Source of the DNA: Sedimentisphaeraceae bacterium JB056
GTDB taxonomy: Bacteria > Planctomycetota > Phycisphaerae > Sedimentisphaerales > Sedimentisphaeraceae
NCBI GenBank assembly: GCA_044440125.1
Contig: JBITAJ010000011.1
Location: 1-64,000 of the forward strand
Reading direction: 5' to 3'
DNA length: 64,000 bases
In this document: positions 1-9,300 of the stretch, in pieces
How positions within the stretch are numbered: the stretch's first letter is position 1
How the letters are laid out: each line of letters opens with the position of its first letter
The notes under the pieces: generated by a model
Seen by the model: the letters and a program-made list of their open reading frames with translations, nothing else
Told to the model about the DNA's origin: nothing
Databases searched by the model: none
Position numbers and translations under genes: made by a program

Positions 1-255
1 GGTGAATTCACGGCGGCTATGCTTCTTATGGCCCCGCTGAGCGCCTTGTTTACGCTTGGGATTTTTAGGGCTTGGCCTGCTTGTCGGCTTAACGATGTCA
101 GAGGAAGGAGACATAGAAGAATTGCCCGAATTCTTCTTAAGTCGGGCGATTTCTTCGCGAAGAAACTGGTTCTCCTTCTCAAGTTCCTTAACCCGAACGG
201 TGAGAATATTAACCTGCTCGATCAGTTTTTCAATTATGGCGTCTCTTTCATCCAT
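1..255 (-). CDS. IS66-family transposase, N-terminal 85 aa (truncated by window edge)
   Basis: Manual translation: MDERDAIIEKLIEQVNILTVRVKELEKENQFLREEIARLKKNSGNSSMSPSSDIVKP...KRKQGAQRGHKKHSRREFT. A leucine-zipper followed by NSxNSSxPPSSD and GxQxGH is typical of IS66 transposase N-termini. Confidence 0.85.
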   Translation of the reverse strand, partial: MDERDAIIEKLIEQVNILTVRVKELEKENQFLREEIARLKKNSGNSSMSPSSDIVKPTSRPSPKNPKRKQGAQRGHKKHSRREFT

Positions 256-345
256 AACGCCTATTATTCAAATTTTTATAGATTTAAACAGCTTTATTTT
301 GGAGAAATTAGAGTTTTTTTCAAATCCACCCCCGTGAACGGGTAC
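1..345 (-). mobile_element. IS66-family (ISBst12-like) insertion sequence, left end; continues beyond window start
   Basis: The minus strand from 345 reads GTACCCGTTCACGGGG, resembling IS66/ISBst12-type termini (GTAnCnGTTCA), 90 bp upstream of a transposase-like ORF. Confidence 0.75.
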
Positions 346-659
346 CCGAGTCCCATGAGACTTTTCCAAATTTCGCCCCGTTTTTGATCAAAAATCATCA
401 AAAAGTGAACAAAAAGCGCGCGTTTGGGCGCATTTGAGACCACTTTTGCCTCAATTCAGGTCAAAAAAAGTTATACTATCCTGCTATTTGAAAGAAACTA
501 AGTGTCCCTTTTGCTTGCATTTTCGCACAAAATCGCTCGTCCAACTTGGCCGTTTCCAAAAAAAAATTTAAAACCCCACGCCCCCCACTACCAACAGTAC
601 CGCGCCCGAAAGGAAGCGGGCATCTTATCCCGTAACTAACTTATCCCCAACAACTTAAA

Positions 660-734
660 CTAATAGCTTATCGCTGGCAACTTATTGCTAATTACTAAAC
701 TAATGCCTAATCCCTCTTGCCTATTGCCTAATCC
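660..734. repeat. Degenerate 7-bp tandem repeat tract (CTAATnn-like)
   Basis: ctaatag cttatcg ctggcaa cttattg ctaatta ... ctaatgc ctaatcc ctcttgc ctattgc ctaatcc. Confidence 0.55.
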
Positions 735-822
735 ATATATTCAAAAAAACACAAACGCGCAAGCTAATTTAAGATTGAGCCAACCATTAATTTATCAATA
801 TCCCTGATTGTCAACTACTAAT

Positions 823-879
823 AATTGGCAATTGGTAACTGATAACTGGTTAATTGATAATTGTTAACTGATAACTGAT
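823..879. repeat. 7-bp tandem repeat, 8 units (consensus AAYTGAT)
   Basis: aattggc aattggt aactgat aactggtt aattgat aattgtt aactgat aactgat. Confidence 0.8.
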
Positions 880-923
880 AAGTAAAATTCTCACAGACTT
901 TGCCCATTATAAACGTAAAAACC

Positions 924-952
924 TTGACATAAAGGGTATATATCGTTAATCT
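924..952 (+). promoter_or_regulatory. Putative sigma70 promoter
   Basis: TTGACA-17 bp-TAATCT upstream of the 1041 ORF. Confidence 0.5.
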
Positions 953-1040
953 GCTCATATCTGCATACAGCTCATAATGCAGCAGTAAATGTTATTATGT
1001 AAAATTGATTAAAATATATCAGTATAATATGAGGAATAGA

Positions 1041-2081
1041 ATGTTCAGCAAAAACGTAAAATGTTTCTTAGCTATAGCTATAATAACTCTCTCCGGCATC
1101 AGCTTCGCGGCATCAACTCGTGAAATCGACGAAGTAAGAAAGAAAACAACTTTTACGAACGATGATCTTGCGGTAATAGACTCTTTTATCAATGAAATCT
1201 TCAAGGAAATGCTTGAAGCACCGACAATTGAAGATTCCGTAAAGAGAAGGGAAGACATACTTGTAAGAAAGCCCAAAGAGGGAAAATCAAAATACAAAGA
1301 GCAATTCCTTGAGAGCGTTGAGAGAAATATAGTCTCATCAATGAAGATAGTTGAGACATGGAGCGATGAAACATTCATAAAAGCAATGAAACTCAATCTT
1401 GCCGTTATGATAGGAAGTCTTGACGACCCTAAGATGTCTGAGCTGGCTATCGAAATGATGGACTCGGAGAATATTGCAGTCAAATACTGGGCAACAAAAG
1501 CTCTTACAGGAACAGATGTTATAGAATCTATCAAAGCTTCTCCAGACTCACAACTCTCTGAATCTATATTTGATACACTAAAAGCTGAAGCACAAGTCAA
1601 CTCACCTATAAACCTCGAGATGATAGCAAGCTTTGCCGGCCAGTTCAGTAATGGCTCAGCCAGTGAAATACTTTCCGCTGTAGCCCAGACAAGAATAGCC
1701 GCATACAAAAACAACGAAGCAATACACGAATCATCAGATGCTGCGATACTCAAAGTAATGGCTGAAAAGATTGCTTCAGACGAATCAAAAGACACTCTCG
1801 CACAGCCATTCGCCAACCTGACGGCACAAGTATTCAAGAAATATGCTGCAGGAATTTCACCTGAAAGCGGTCTTGGAGATATTTCAAGCCAACAGCTAAT
1901 AACAACTATTACAGAAGTTGAAAAGAATATATTCCCCAAGTTCAATATTAATGCTGAATTCATTAAAGCTATTGAAAGAAGAAGTGAAAAAGATTTCCAG
2001 CAGGCCTATGACAAGGTCTTTGGTTCAGAAGATAACGAAGGTGAATTAGCTTCAAATCTTGGCGTAAGCATTGAAGAGTAA
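1041..2081 (+). CDS. Exported alpha-helical (HEAT/ARM-like) hypothetical protein
   Basis: Long ORF with a signal peptide ending ...GISFAA and a HEAT-like segment (AIEMMDSENIAVKYWATKAL). ATG at 1041 follows GAGGA; 1005 and 1029 are alternative starts. Confidence 0.7.
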   Translation: MFSKNVKCFLAIAIITLSGISFAASTREIDEVRKKTTFTNDDLAVIDSFINEIFKEMLEAPTIEDSVKRREDILVRKPKEGKSKYKEQFLESVERNIVSSMKIVETWSDETFIKAMKLNLAVMIGSLDDPKMSELAIEMMDSENIAVKYWATKALTGTDVIESIKASPDSQLSESIFDTLKAEAQVNSPINLEMIASFAGQFSNGSASEILSAVAQTRIAAYKNNEAIHESSDAAILKVMAEKIASDESKDTLAQPFANLTAQVFKKYAAGISPESGLGDISSQQLITTITEVEKNIFPKFNINAEFIKAIERRSEKDFQQAYDKVFGSEDNEGELASNLGVSIEE

Positions 2082-2103
2082 AGTTTATTTTTCTTGATCA
2101 CAT

Positions 2104-2148
2104 AAATATCTATTTGCTTCTTTACTGAGCGGCAAATAGATATTTTTT
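2104..2148 (+). terminator. Intrinsic terminator-like hairpin
   Basis: aaatatctatttgc ... gcaaatagatattt running into a T-tract, 22 bp after the stop codon. Confidence 0.7.
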
Positions 2149-2181
2149 GATTAAATCTATCTTAAAACGGAGAAAGAGCAA

Positions 2182-3921
2182 ATGGGCAACCGTTCAACTG
2201 TATTCAAGTTTTTCGTCATTCTGTTCCTGCTGTCCGTGGTCTGTCTTCAGCTTCTGTCAATGAAGCAATCAGACAGATTATTTGAGCGAGTTGTCAACCT
2301 GGAAAAGAAGGTAAGCAAGCTGCCGTCAAATTTCGGCACAACGCAGATTTCTACTGTAAAACAAGACTCCAGCAAAGACGGCGACTGGCTTATCAGACGA
2401 ATACCGACCGAGCCCGCTACTCTAAACCCAATAACGGCAACAGATTATTATAAAGCCATCATATGTGACGGCACAAGCTCAACACCGCCAAACATATTCG
2501 AATCTCTTGCTGTATCAGATCCCGATACCGGCGAATATCTGCCGCTGCTTGCCGAAAGCTGGGAAATAGCACCGGATGGACTGTCAATTGAATTCACCCT
2601 TAGAGACAATATATGGTTCTCCGACAACGAACCGGTAACTGTTGACGATGTGATATTCTCATTTGAGCTTCTGAAAAACCCAAAGATAGACAATCTGCAC
2701 CTTGCAAACTATTTTGAGGATGTAGTCTCATGCAAAAAGACCGGCGAAAAGAAAGTCAAGTTTGAGATGTCCAAGGTTTATTTCAAGATGCTGGAGATAA
2801 CAGGCACGATGCTGATTATTCCACAGCATATATATAAATTTGAAAAGCCCGAAGACTTCAATCAGATTCGCACAGACCCCATAGGCAGCGGGCCATATGT
2901 ATTCGACAAATGGGAAATAGGCAACTACCTCTCACTTAGCCGCAATGAGAACTATTGGGGCAGGAAGCCGCATATCAAAAAGCAGGTATACAAAGTAATC
3001 TCAAACGATCTTGCTGCCGTATCAGCAATGAGAGCCGGCGAGCTTGACCTTGTAGGAACAATACCAGAACAATATATCAAACTCTCTAAAGACCCGCAAT
3101 TGCTCAAGGATTATACACCTATATCATACTGGAAAGCTTCCGGCGGATATACCTACATAGGCTGGAATATGGACACCGGCTTCTTTAATGACCGCCGTGT
3201 AAGACAGGCTATGACAATGCTCATCGACAGGGAAAGCATACGCGACAACATATATAAGTCACTGGCAAAGATAGTAACCGGCCCTTTCTATCATAACAGC
3301 CCGCAGTATAATAAAGAAATCACTCCGTGGCCCTTCGATCCTGAGCAGGCAGGAAAACTGCTTACAGAAGCCGGGTGGATTGACACTAACGGAGATGGAA
3401 TACGTGATAAAGACGGCAAAGAATTCAAATTCAGATATTTAATGCCAAGCGGCAACGATACTACTGAGCAGATAGTAAAGCTTCTGAAAGACCAATTCGC
3501 AAAATCTGGTATAGAGCTTATTCCCGATACTTATGAGTGGTCAGTGTTCCTTCAAAAACTGACAAGCAGAGATTTTGACGCCATAACACTTGGGTGGTCT
3601 GGTGCTATGGAGTCTGACCCATATCAGATATGGCATTCAAGTCAGATCGAAACAGGCGGAAGCAATCGCATAGGCTTCAACAATAAAGAAGCTGACAGGC
3701 TCATAGAAGAAGCAAGAGAGACACTGGATAAGGACAAAAGAAACGCCCTTTATCATCAGCTCCACCAGATACTTCACGATGAACAGCCTTATACATTCAT
3801 GTTTGCAAGCCCGGGACTTGGTTTTTTATCAAACAGATTTGAAAATGTTCAGATTCATAAGCTCGGCATGAATCCACATGAATGGTACGTGTTACCAGAA
3901 AACCAAAAATATTCAGACTAA
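2182..3921 (+). CDS. ABC transporter peptide-binding protein (AppA/OppA-like, SBP family 5)
   Basis: PATLNP, PLLAESWEI..DG..IEFTLR...FSD.EPVTVDDVIFS, PIGSGPY, D.RVRQAM motifs. Confidence 0.92.
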   Translation: MGNRSTVFKFFVILFLLSVVCLQLLSMKQSDRLFERVVNLEKKVSKLPSNFGTTQISTVKQDSSKDGDWLIRRIPTEPATLNPITATDYYKAIICDGTSSTPPNIFESLAVSDPDTGEYLPLLAESWEIAPDGLSIEFTLRDNIWFSDNEPVTVDDVIFSFELLKNPKIDNLHLANYFEDVVSCKKTGEKKVKFEMSKVYFKMLEITGTMLIIPQHIYKFEKPEDFNQIRTDPIGSGPYVFDKWEIGNYLSLSRNENYWGRKPHIKKQVYKVISNDLAAVSAMRAGELDLVGTIPEQYIKLSKDPQLLKDYTPISYWKASGGYTYIGWNMDTGFFNDRRVRQAMTMLIDRESIRDNIYKSLAKIVTGPFYHNSPQYNKEITPWPFDPEQAGKLLTEAGWIDTNGDGIRDKDGKEFKFRYLMPSGNDTTEQIVKLLKDQFAKSGIELIPDTYEWSVFLQKLTSRDFDAITLGWSGAMESDPYQIWHSSQIETGGSNRIGFNNKEADRLIEEARETLDKDKRNALYHQLHQILHDEQPYTFMFASPGLGFLSNRFENVQIHKLGMNPHEWYVLPENQKYSD

Positions 3922-3933
3922 CGCAGGCTCACG

Positions 3934-4761
3934 ATGATAGATTTCAAAGTAGACAAACGAAGATGTATTAAATGCGGCAAGTGTATTAACGACTGCCCCA
4001 CACGCGTAATATCAATGCTTGACTACCCTGAACTGACAAAACCAGAAAACTGCATTAAATGCCAGCATTGCCTTGCGATATGCCCGGCAGAAGCAATCTC
4101 GATACTCGGCAACAACCCCGAGGACAGTACTAAACTGACTTCTGAGAGCTTCCCTACCCCTGAGAGCATGACAAACCTTATAAAGGGCCGCAGGACAATA
4201 CGAAAATACAAGCAGGAAAATGTTGATCGCAGCATTATAGACGAACTTATTGAAACAGCAATACACAGCCCAACAGGTGAAAATAACAGACAGGTTCTGG
4301 TCACTGTGACTGATGACATGAAATCTACCCATGCAATACGAGCCGAAATACTGGAAAGAATACCGGAGCTTGTAAAATCCGGTACAATGGCAGGGTATGG
4401 CGTAATGAAATATCTTGAAATATCACCCGAAGCTTGGGACAAGCATAAAGCAGACATCATATTCCGCGGTGCACCGCACATATTGATAGCCTCTTCACCG
4501 GCAGACTCAGTAACACCTCAGGAAGACTGCGCGATATTCATGTCCTATTTTGAGCTTCTTGCCAACGCAATGGGACTCGGCACTGTCTGGAACGGCATAC
4601 TGAAATTCACAATCCAAACAGCATTCCCAGACCTTAGAAACAGACTCGGTATACCTGAGGATCATATAATAGGATGCGCAATGACATTCGGTAACCCAGC
4701 AATCAGGTACCAAAGAACCATTGAACGAGGACCAGCTAATATAAACAGGGTTAAATGGTAA
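3934..4761 (+). CDS. Nitroreductase family protein with N-terminal 2x[4Fe-4S] ferredoxin domain
   Basis: Two CxxCxxCxxxCP motifs; RRTIRKY, SPTGEN and GLGTVW nitroreductase motifs. Confidence 0.9.
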   Translation: MIDFKVDKRRCIKCGKCINDCPTRVISMLDYPELTKPENCIKCQHCLAICPAEAISILGNNPEDSTKLTSESFPTPESMTNLIKGRRTIRKYKQENVDRSIIDELIETAIHSPTGENNRQVLVTVTDDMKSTHAIRAEILERIPELVKSGTMAGYGVMKYLEISPEAWDKHKADIIFRGAPHILIASSPADSVTPQEDCAIFMSYFELLANAMGLGTVWNGILKFTIQTAFPDLRNRLGIPEDHIIGCAMTFGNPAIRYQRTIERGPANINRVKW

Positions 4762-4774
4762 TAAAGGCCAAGCG

Positions 4775-5773
4775 TTATAGCTGCTTGGCTATCTCTTCCT
4801 TTATCAAAGCTTTAGCTTCATCAAGAGACTTATCTAAAGTAACACCTGCAGCCAAATCGTGTCCGCCGCCGCCGTACTTTTGGGCAATTACTCGAACATT
4901 CACCTTGCCCTTGCTCCTCATAGAGCACTTAAATTGACCATTCGGCTGTTCTATAAACATTGCTGAGACATCAACTGTAGCAATCTTGTTCGGCTCATTT
5001 ACAAGCCCGCCGGTATCACGGCCTTTTGTGCCGGTAGCAGTAAAATCACTCAGGAACAGATGCTGAAACGCCACTTGACCATCAAAATAAAGCTTCATGC
5101 TGTCAATAGACTTAGCCAATAGGCGAAGCTTGCCTTCAGGCATCTGCTGATACAATTTCTGGTATATCTTTGCCGGATCAGCTCCCCTGTCTATAAGCCG
5201 CCCAGCCATGGCATAAACATCACCTTTGTTCCTATTACCAAAACGAAACCATCCCGTATCGGCGGCTATAGCGACAAACATATTGTCTGCCATCTCCTTT
5301 GAAATAGAGATATTCAATGCCTCAAAAAACTCGCATACTACCTGACCTGCCGCCGCTGCTTCGGTATCAATTATCTCCACATCGCCCAGGCCGTCATTGG
5401 TAATGTGATGATCAAAAACAATCACCGGAGCATCTGAAGTATCAAGCCACTTCTCAAAACGAGGTAACTGGTTACGACTGTTGGTATCAACAAGAACAAC
5501 AAGATCGACAGCATCACAAATGTCATTTATCTGCTTACACATATCAATCTCTGGATCAGCAATAAAATGTTCCACACCTTCAAGAATGAAACTCATATCA
5601 TCACTGTAAGGAGTTATCATAAAAGGGATGACGTTCTTGTTCATTGACAGCAAAAACCGGCTCATGGCACAGACACTTCCGCAAGAGTCGCCATCAGGTC
5701 TTGTATGACCAGTTATAAGAATATTTTCAGCGTTTTTTATAAGCTCAAAGGCTTCTTTGTAATTTTCAATCAT
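4775..5773 (-). CDS. nrnA: DHH-family phosphoesterase (NrnA-like)
   Basis: H.RPDGD, DHH, DTG.F, SMRS and GGGGH..AAG motifs. Confidence 0.88.
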   Translation of the reverse strand: MIENYKEAFELIKNAENILITGHTRPDGDSCGSVCAMSRFLLSMNKNVIPFMITPYSDDMSFILEGVEHFIADPEIDMCKQINDICDAVDLVVLVDTNSRNQLPRFEKWLDTSDAPVIVFDHHITNDGLGDVEIIDTEAAAAGQVVCEFFEALNISISKEMADNMFVAIAADTGWFRFGNRNKGDVYAMAGRLIDRGADPAKIYQKLYQQMPEGKLRLLAKSIDSMKLYFDGQVAFQHLFLSDFTATGTKGRDTGGLVNEPNKIATVDVSAMFIEQPNGQFKCSMRSKGKVNVRVIAQKYGGGGHDLAAGVTLDKSLDEAKALIKEEIAKQL

Positions 5774-5896
5774 AATTTATTTTCGTTAATTTAAGTTTAT
5801 CATTCACAAACTATATACTGATATCAAACATAGTGTTCCGCAAGAGATATACAATATCATCACATTGTTTCAAGCAAATATTGCGTACTAATATAT

Positions 5897-6706
5897 CTAT
5901 GCTTTTGTACCAGGATTATTATCAGCTAACTTTAATTCTTCAATACGGCTTCTGGCTGTCTCTTTATACGATTCAGGAATATCCATTTCAAGAATTCTGG
6001 TATATACCTCAAATGCTTTTGCGTGACAATTAAGGTTATAAGTATACTCAAGAGCAACATCGAAAAGAAATGAAACTTCCGAATGCCCTATATCTTTATC
6101 ATCTTTGAAACGGTCGGGTAAGGGCATTTCTGAAATTCGATCAGGATAATACGCAACAATACTTAGCCCCTCCTCCAATCTCACCAAACTCTGCTGAGCA
6201 GAGTTACTGATGAATTCTCCTTCATATCTTTCTACAATAAGTTTATAAGTTTCTCTCGCACTGTCAAAATCAGCAAGCTGACAGTAAGAGTCTGCCATCA
6301 AACGCAGAGCAAATTGTTCACGATAATTGTAACTCAGTAAATGATACCAAGTATGAATCTCTTTATCACAAGCTTGCAATGTCTTCTCATACTGACACGC
6401 CTCATAATACTTTTCTGCATCTTCCAAATATCTGCCTTGAAGAATTGACACAACACAGACAACTATAAGTCCCATAGAACTCATTATAGAGAAACAAGAA
6501 CTCATCGACTTTTTACCAATACACATAAAAGGTAAGACAACCCCAAAAACAATGTATCCTGCCAAAAAAATTTTCCAAGGCAGGTAAGACTGAATTGTAT
6601 AGCCGCGGACTAAATTGATAATGCCAATGATAAAAAATTGTAAAAAGCAACAACTGCCAACAATAATCAGCAATCTTAATCCGACTCTACTCCTAAGTCC
6701 AATCAT
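5897..6706 (-). CDS. Membrane protein with C-terminal TPR-like domain
   Basis: Three N-terminal hydrophobic segments, then TPR-like helices (ADSYCQLADFDSARETYKLIVERY). Confidence 0.7.
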   Translation of the reverse strand: MIGLRSRVGLRLLIIVGSCCFLQFFIIGIINLVRGYTIQSYLPWKIFLAGYIVFGVVLPFMCIGKKSMSSCFSIMSSMGLIVVCVVSILQGRYLEDAEKYYEACQYEKTLQACDKEIHTWYHLLSYNYREQFALRLMADSYCQLADFDSARETYKLIVERYEGEFISNSAQQSLVRLEEGLSIVAYYPDRISEMPLPDRFKDDKDIGHSEVSFLFDVALEYTYNLNCHAKAFEVYTRILEMDIPESYKETARSRIEELKLADNNPGTKA

Positions 6707-6764
6707 AACAATATACCTTTGCTTCTATTTTAATCACAGTCAAACGAAAAACACTTCAACCTTG

Positions 6765-7625
6765 TTAACTCTTATCACAATTTAAGATTCTTCCTGCAAC
6801 TTTCAGTGCATCAAGGTTTTCCTGCACATCATGCACCCTTACAATCTGCACGCCCGCAATCTGTGCCAGCACAGAAGTCGCAACCGTTCCAGCTACTCTG
6901 TCGCAAGCCTTCTCTTTTCCTGTAATCTGACCTATAAATCTCTTTCTACTGGCACCAAGCAGTACGGCATAGCCGCTTTCAACAAATTTATCAAGATCTC
7001 TGATAAGAGCCAGATTATGCTCAATAGTCTTACCAAAGCCAATTCCAGGATCAAGTATTATGAGGTTTCTGTCAACTCCCTTTTCTTCTGCTTTTACGGC
7101 TCTATCAAGCAAAAACCCAAGTACCTCACTTGTAACATCTCCATAAACCGGCGATTCCTGCATCTTTTCAGGACTGCCCTGCATGTGCATCAAAATTATC
7201 GGCACCTTTTTTTCTGCGGCAAGTTCAAACATACCCTCACAATCGCCGGCTGTTATATCATTAATAATCGAAGCTCCGGCTTCTATCGCCGCTCTTGCAA
7301 CAGAAGCATCGTAGGTATCAATACTTATTGGAATATTAACACTTCCGGCAAGCTGCTTGATTACCGGCACAGCACGAGCTGTCTGAACCTCTGCACTCAA
7401 TCTTTTAGAGCCGGGTCTGCTTGATTCGGGGCCAATATCAATGATATCCGCTCCATAGCCTGCCATCTCCATACCATGAGCAACTGCCGCATCAATATCC
7501 TGATAGAGTCCGCCATCGCTGAATGAATCACTGGTAAGATTCAATATACCCATAACAGCGCAGTGATGTGAAAAATCCAGCTCAAAATCATTCCATAAAA
7601 TTTTATCTACTCTGCTTGGGCTCAT
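6765..7625 (-). CDS. folP: Dihydropteroate synthase
   Basis: MGILNLTSDSFSDGG, ESSRPG, DPGIGFGK, SRKRF, RVHDV. Confidence 0.96.
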   Translation of the reverse strand: MSPSRVDKILWNDFELDFSHHCAVMGILNLTSDSFSDGGLYQDIDAAVAHGMEMAGYGADIIDIGPESSRPGSKRLSAEVQTARAVPVIKQLAGSVNIPISIDTYDASVARAAIEAGASIINDITAGDCEGMFELAAEKKVPIILMHMQGSPEKMQESPVYGDVTSEVLGFLLDRAVKAEEKGVDRNLIILDPGIGFGKTIEHNLALIRDLDKFVESGYAVLLGASRKRFIGQITGKEKACDRVAGTVATSVLAQIAGVQIVRVHDVQENLDALKVAGRILNCDKS

Positions 7626-8332
7626 TTAAAATTCGACTGATATAATTCGGTTATTGCTTTCATGCTGTATTCTGCCGCCGCATAGCTGAGTCTCTCGTGT
7701 GTTGTTATCCAATCCTCATGGGCATCCCCGTCCGCCCCGTCTGTAATTGCACGAATTGAAACAAACGGTATTTTATAGAAATGATAACACATATGTGAAA
7801 TAGCCGCGCTCTCCATATCCACAGCTAAAGGTCTGCCGTGCTGAAACTCAACTCCGGCATCAATAAATCTGTCACCGGATATAATAGTACCGAAATGAAC
7901 GTTATCCTGCCTTGGCATCTTATCAATTATATCCGCCGGAACAACATCCAGAATATTATCTTTGCCCATCATCTGGCCAATCTTAAAATCAGAGAAAAGT
8001 CCTGTAATATCATAATCATGTTGATAATAGTCAACTCCGACAACAATATCACCCTTTTTAACAGATTTATCGAGACTCCCCGCCGTACCTGTATTGATAA
8101 CAAGACCGATATTAAAATCTTTCTGTGCAATAAATGCCGACGTTATTGAAGCAGAATTAACCTTGCCGGCTCCACATAGAACACAGTAAACCTTATTTCC
8201 CCCGGCAAGTTCATCAGTGTAGTAGGTAAAAGGACCAAGTTTGGCCTCTTCAGCATTTAGCGGCTCGATAAAAGCTTTCAGTTCTCCTTTGATTGCTGCC
8301 ACGACAAGTATATTCTTATCCGTATCAACCAT
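7622..8332 (-). CDS. mtnN: 5'-methylthioadenosine/S-adenosylhomocysteine nucleosidase
   Basis: GAGKVNSA, INTGTAG, SGDRF, VDMESAA, RAITD motifs. Confidence 0.88.
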   Translation of the reverse strand: MVDTDKNILVVAAIKGELKAFIEPLNAEEAKLGPFTYYTDELAGGNKVYCVLCGAGKVNSASITSAFIAQKDFNIGLVINTGTAGSLDKSVKKGDIVVGVDYYQHDYDITGLFSDFKIGQMMGKDNILDVVPADIIDKMPRQDNVHFGTIISGDRFIDAGVEFQHGRPLAVDMESAAISHMCYHFYKIPFVSIRAITDGADGDAHEDWITTHERLSYAAAEYSMKAITELYQSNFK

Positions 8333-8360
8333 TTAACTCCCTTTCTTTTATTTAAAACAA

Positions 8361-8395
8361 ATAAGCCCACACAGCATATAGCGTAGCGGGCTTAT
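8361..8395 (-). terminator. Hairpin downstream of PTS IIA gene
   Basis: ataagccc...gggcttat inverted repeat, followed by T-rich sequence on the minus strand. Confidence 0.5.
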
Positions 8396-8482
8396 TATAA
8401 GTTTCCATTATATAAAGACACAGCTACCCTTCAAGACACGGAACTCGTATCAATCAAGCAAATGCGCTTCTTAATTCTATAT

Positions 8483-8941
8483 TTACTCAGATTCTTTTGA
8501 GCGGATAAGCTCGTAAAGTTCATCAGCATCAGATGCTTCCTGAAGCTGAGTCCTAAATGCCTCATCGAGCATAAGACGGCTTATTTTCGCAAGAGCCTGA
8601 ATATGTGGACCTGTCTGACCTGAAGGAGAGACAAGAAGCACAACTATCGTTACGCCTTTATTATCAATGCTATCAAAATCAATAGGGTTCTTTGCTATAC
8701 CTATAGCCATTGCAAGCTCATCTACGCCACGGCTCTTACCGTGAGGAATAGCGATGCCGCTGCCGATTCCTGTACTGCGAGTCTGTTCACGCATCAGTAC
8801 CGAATCAAGAACCATATCGCGATCTTTCAATAAGCTGTTTGAATCAAGAACATCGACAAGTTCAGTTATAACGTCCTCTTTGTCTGTACTCTTTAGCGGA
8901 ACAACAACAGAGGATTTTTTCATTATCTGTGTTAAAAGCAT
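8483..8941 (-). CDS. PTS IIA-domain protein (Ntr/fructose type)
   Basis: REQTRSTGIGSGIAIPHG (phospho-His motif), IDFDSID, HIQALAKISR. Confidence 0.92.
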   Translation of the reverse strand: MLLTQIMKKSSVVVPLKSTDKEDVITELVDVLDSNSLLKDRDMVLDSVLMREQTRSTGIGSGIAIPHGKSRGVDELAMAIGIAKNPIDFDSIDNKGVTIVVLLVSPSGQTGPHIQALAKISRLMLDEAFRTQLQEASDADELYELIRSKESE

Positions 8942-9198
8942 TATTCTGTATCCTTAATATCCATTTCTCTATTAAACATAGAATCTTATTGTATCATAGA
9001 ATCAGACTGCGGATTGTATCCTTTTAACAGCACATTTCAAGTATTTATATTAAATTTTGTCGCAGAAACAAACCGCTGGTCCTACACATTAATAACACAA
9101 TGAACTAAATCGCATACTGAAAAACCATTACAAATATTACTACTTTATTACTATCGCCCTGTTTTTTCCGAACTAAGCTCATAAAAATCGATTACTCG

Positions 9199-9227
9199 TT
9201 GACATACACCTCTGTAATAAGTAAAAT
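9199..9227 (+). promoter_or_regulatory. sigma70 promoter of the PilT-family operon
   Basis: TTGACA-17 bp-TAAAAT. Confidence 0.7.
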
Positions 9228-9300
9228 GAGGCGTTTTATAGTGGAATTATTCATTATTTATCCATAATAACATATATAATCTGATTTTGAGGAAATACAA

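Noticed and set aside
19..387. Plus-strand ORFs 19-387 and 56-337
   Set aside because: They are antisense shadows of the IS66 transposase N-terminus on the minus strand.
346..1000. CRISPR array or replication origin in the long intergenic region
   Set aside because: There is no repeat-spacer pattern, no cas genes and no cluster of DnaA boxes; the repeats are 7-bp tandem units.
1019..1963. 314-aa minus-strand ORF
   Set aside because: It is fully antisense to the signal-peptide-bearing plus-strand gene and has the Ser/Ile-rich composition typical of shadow frames.
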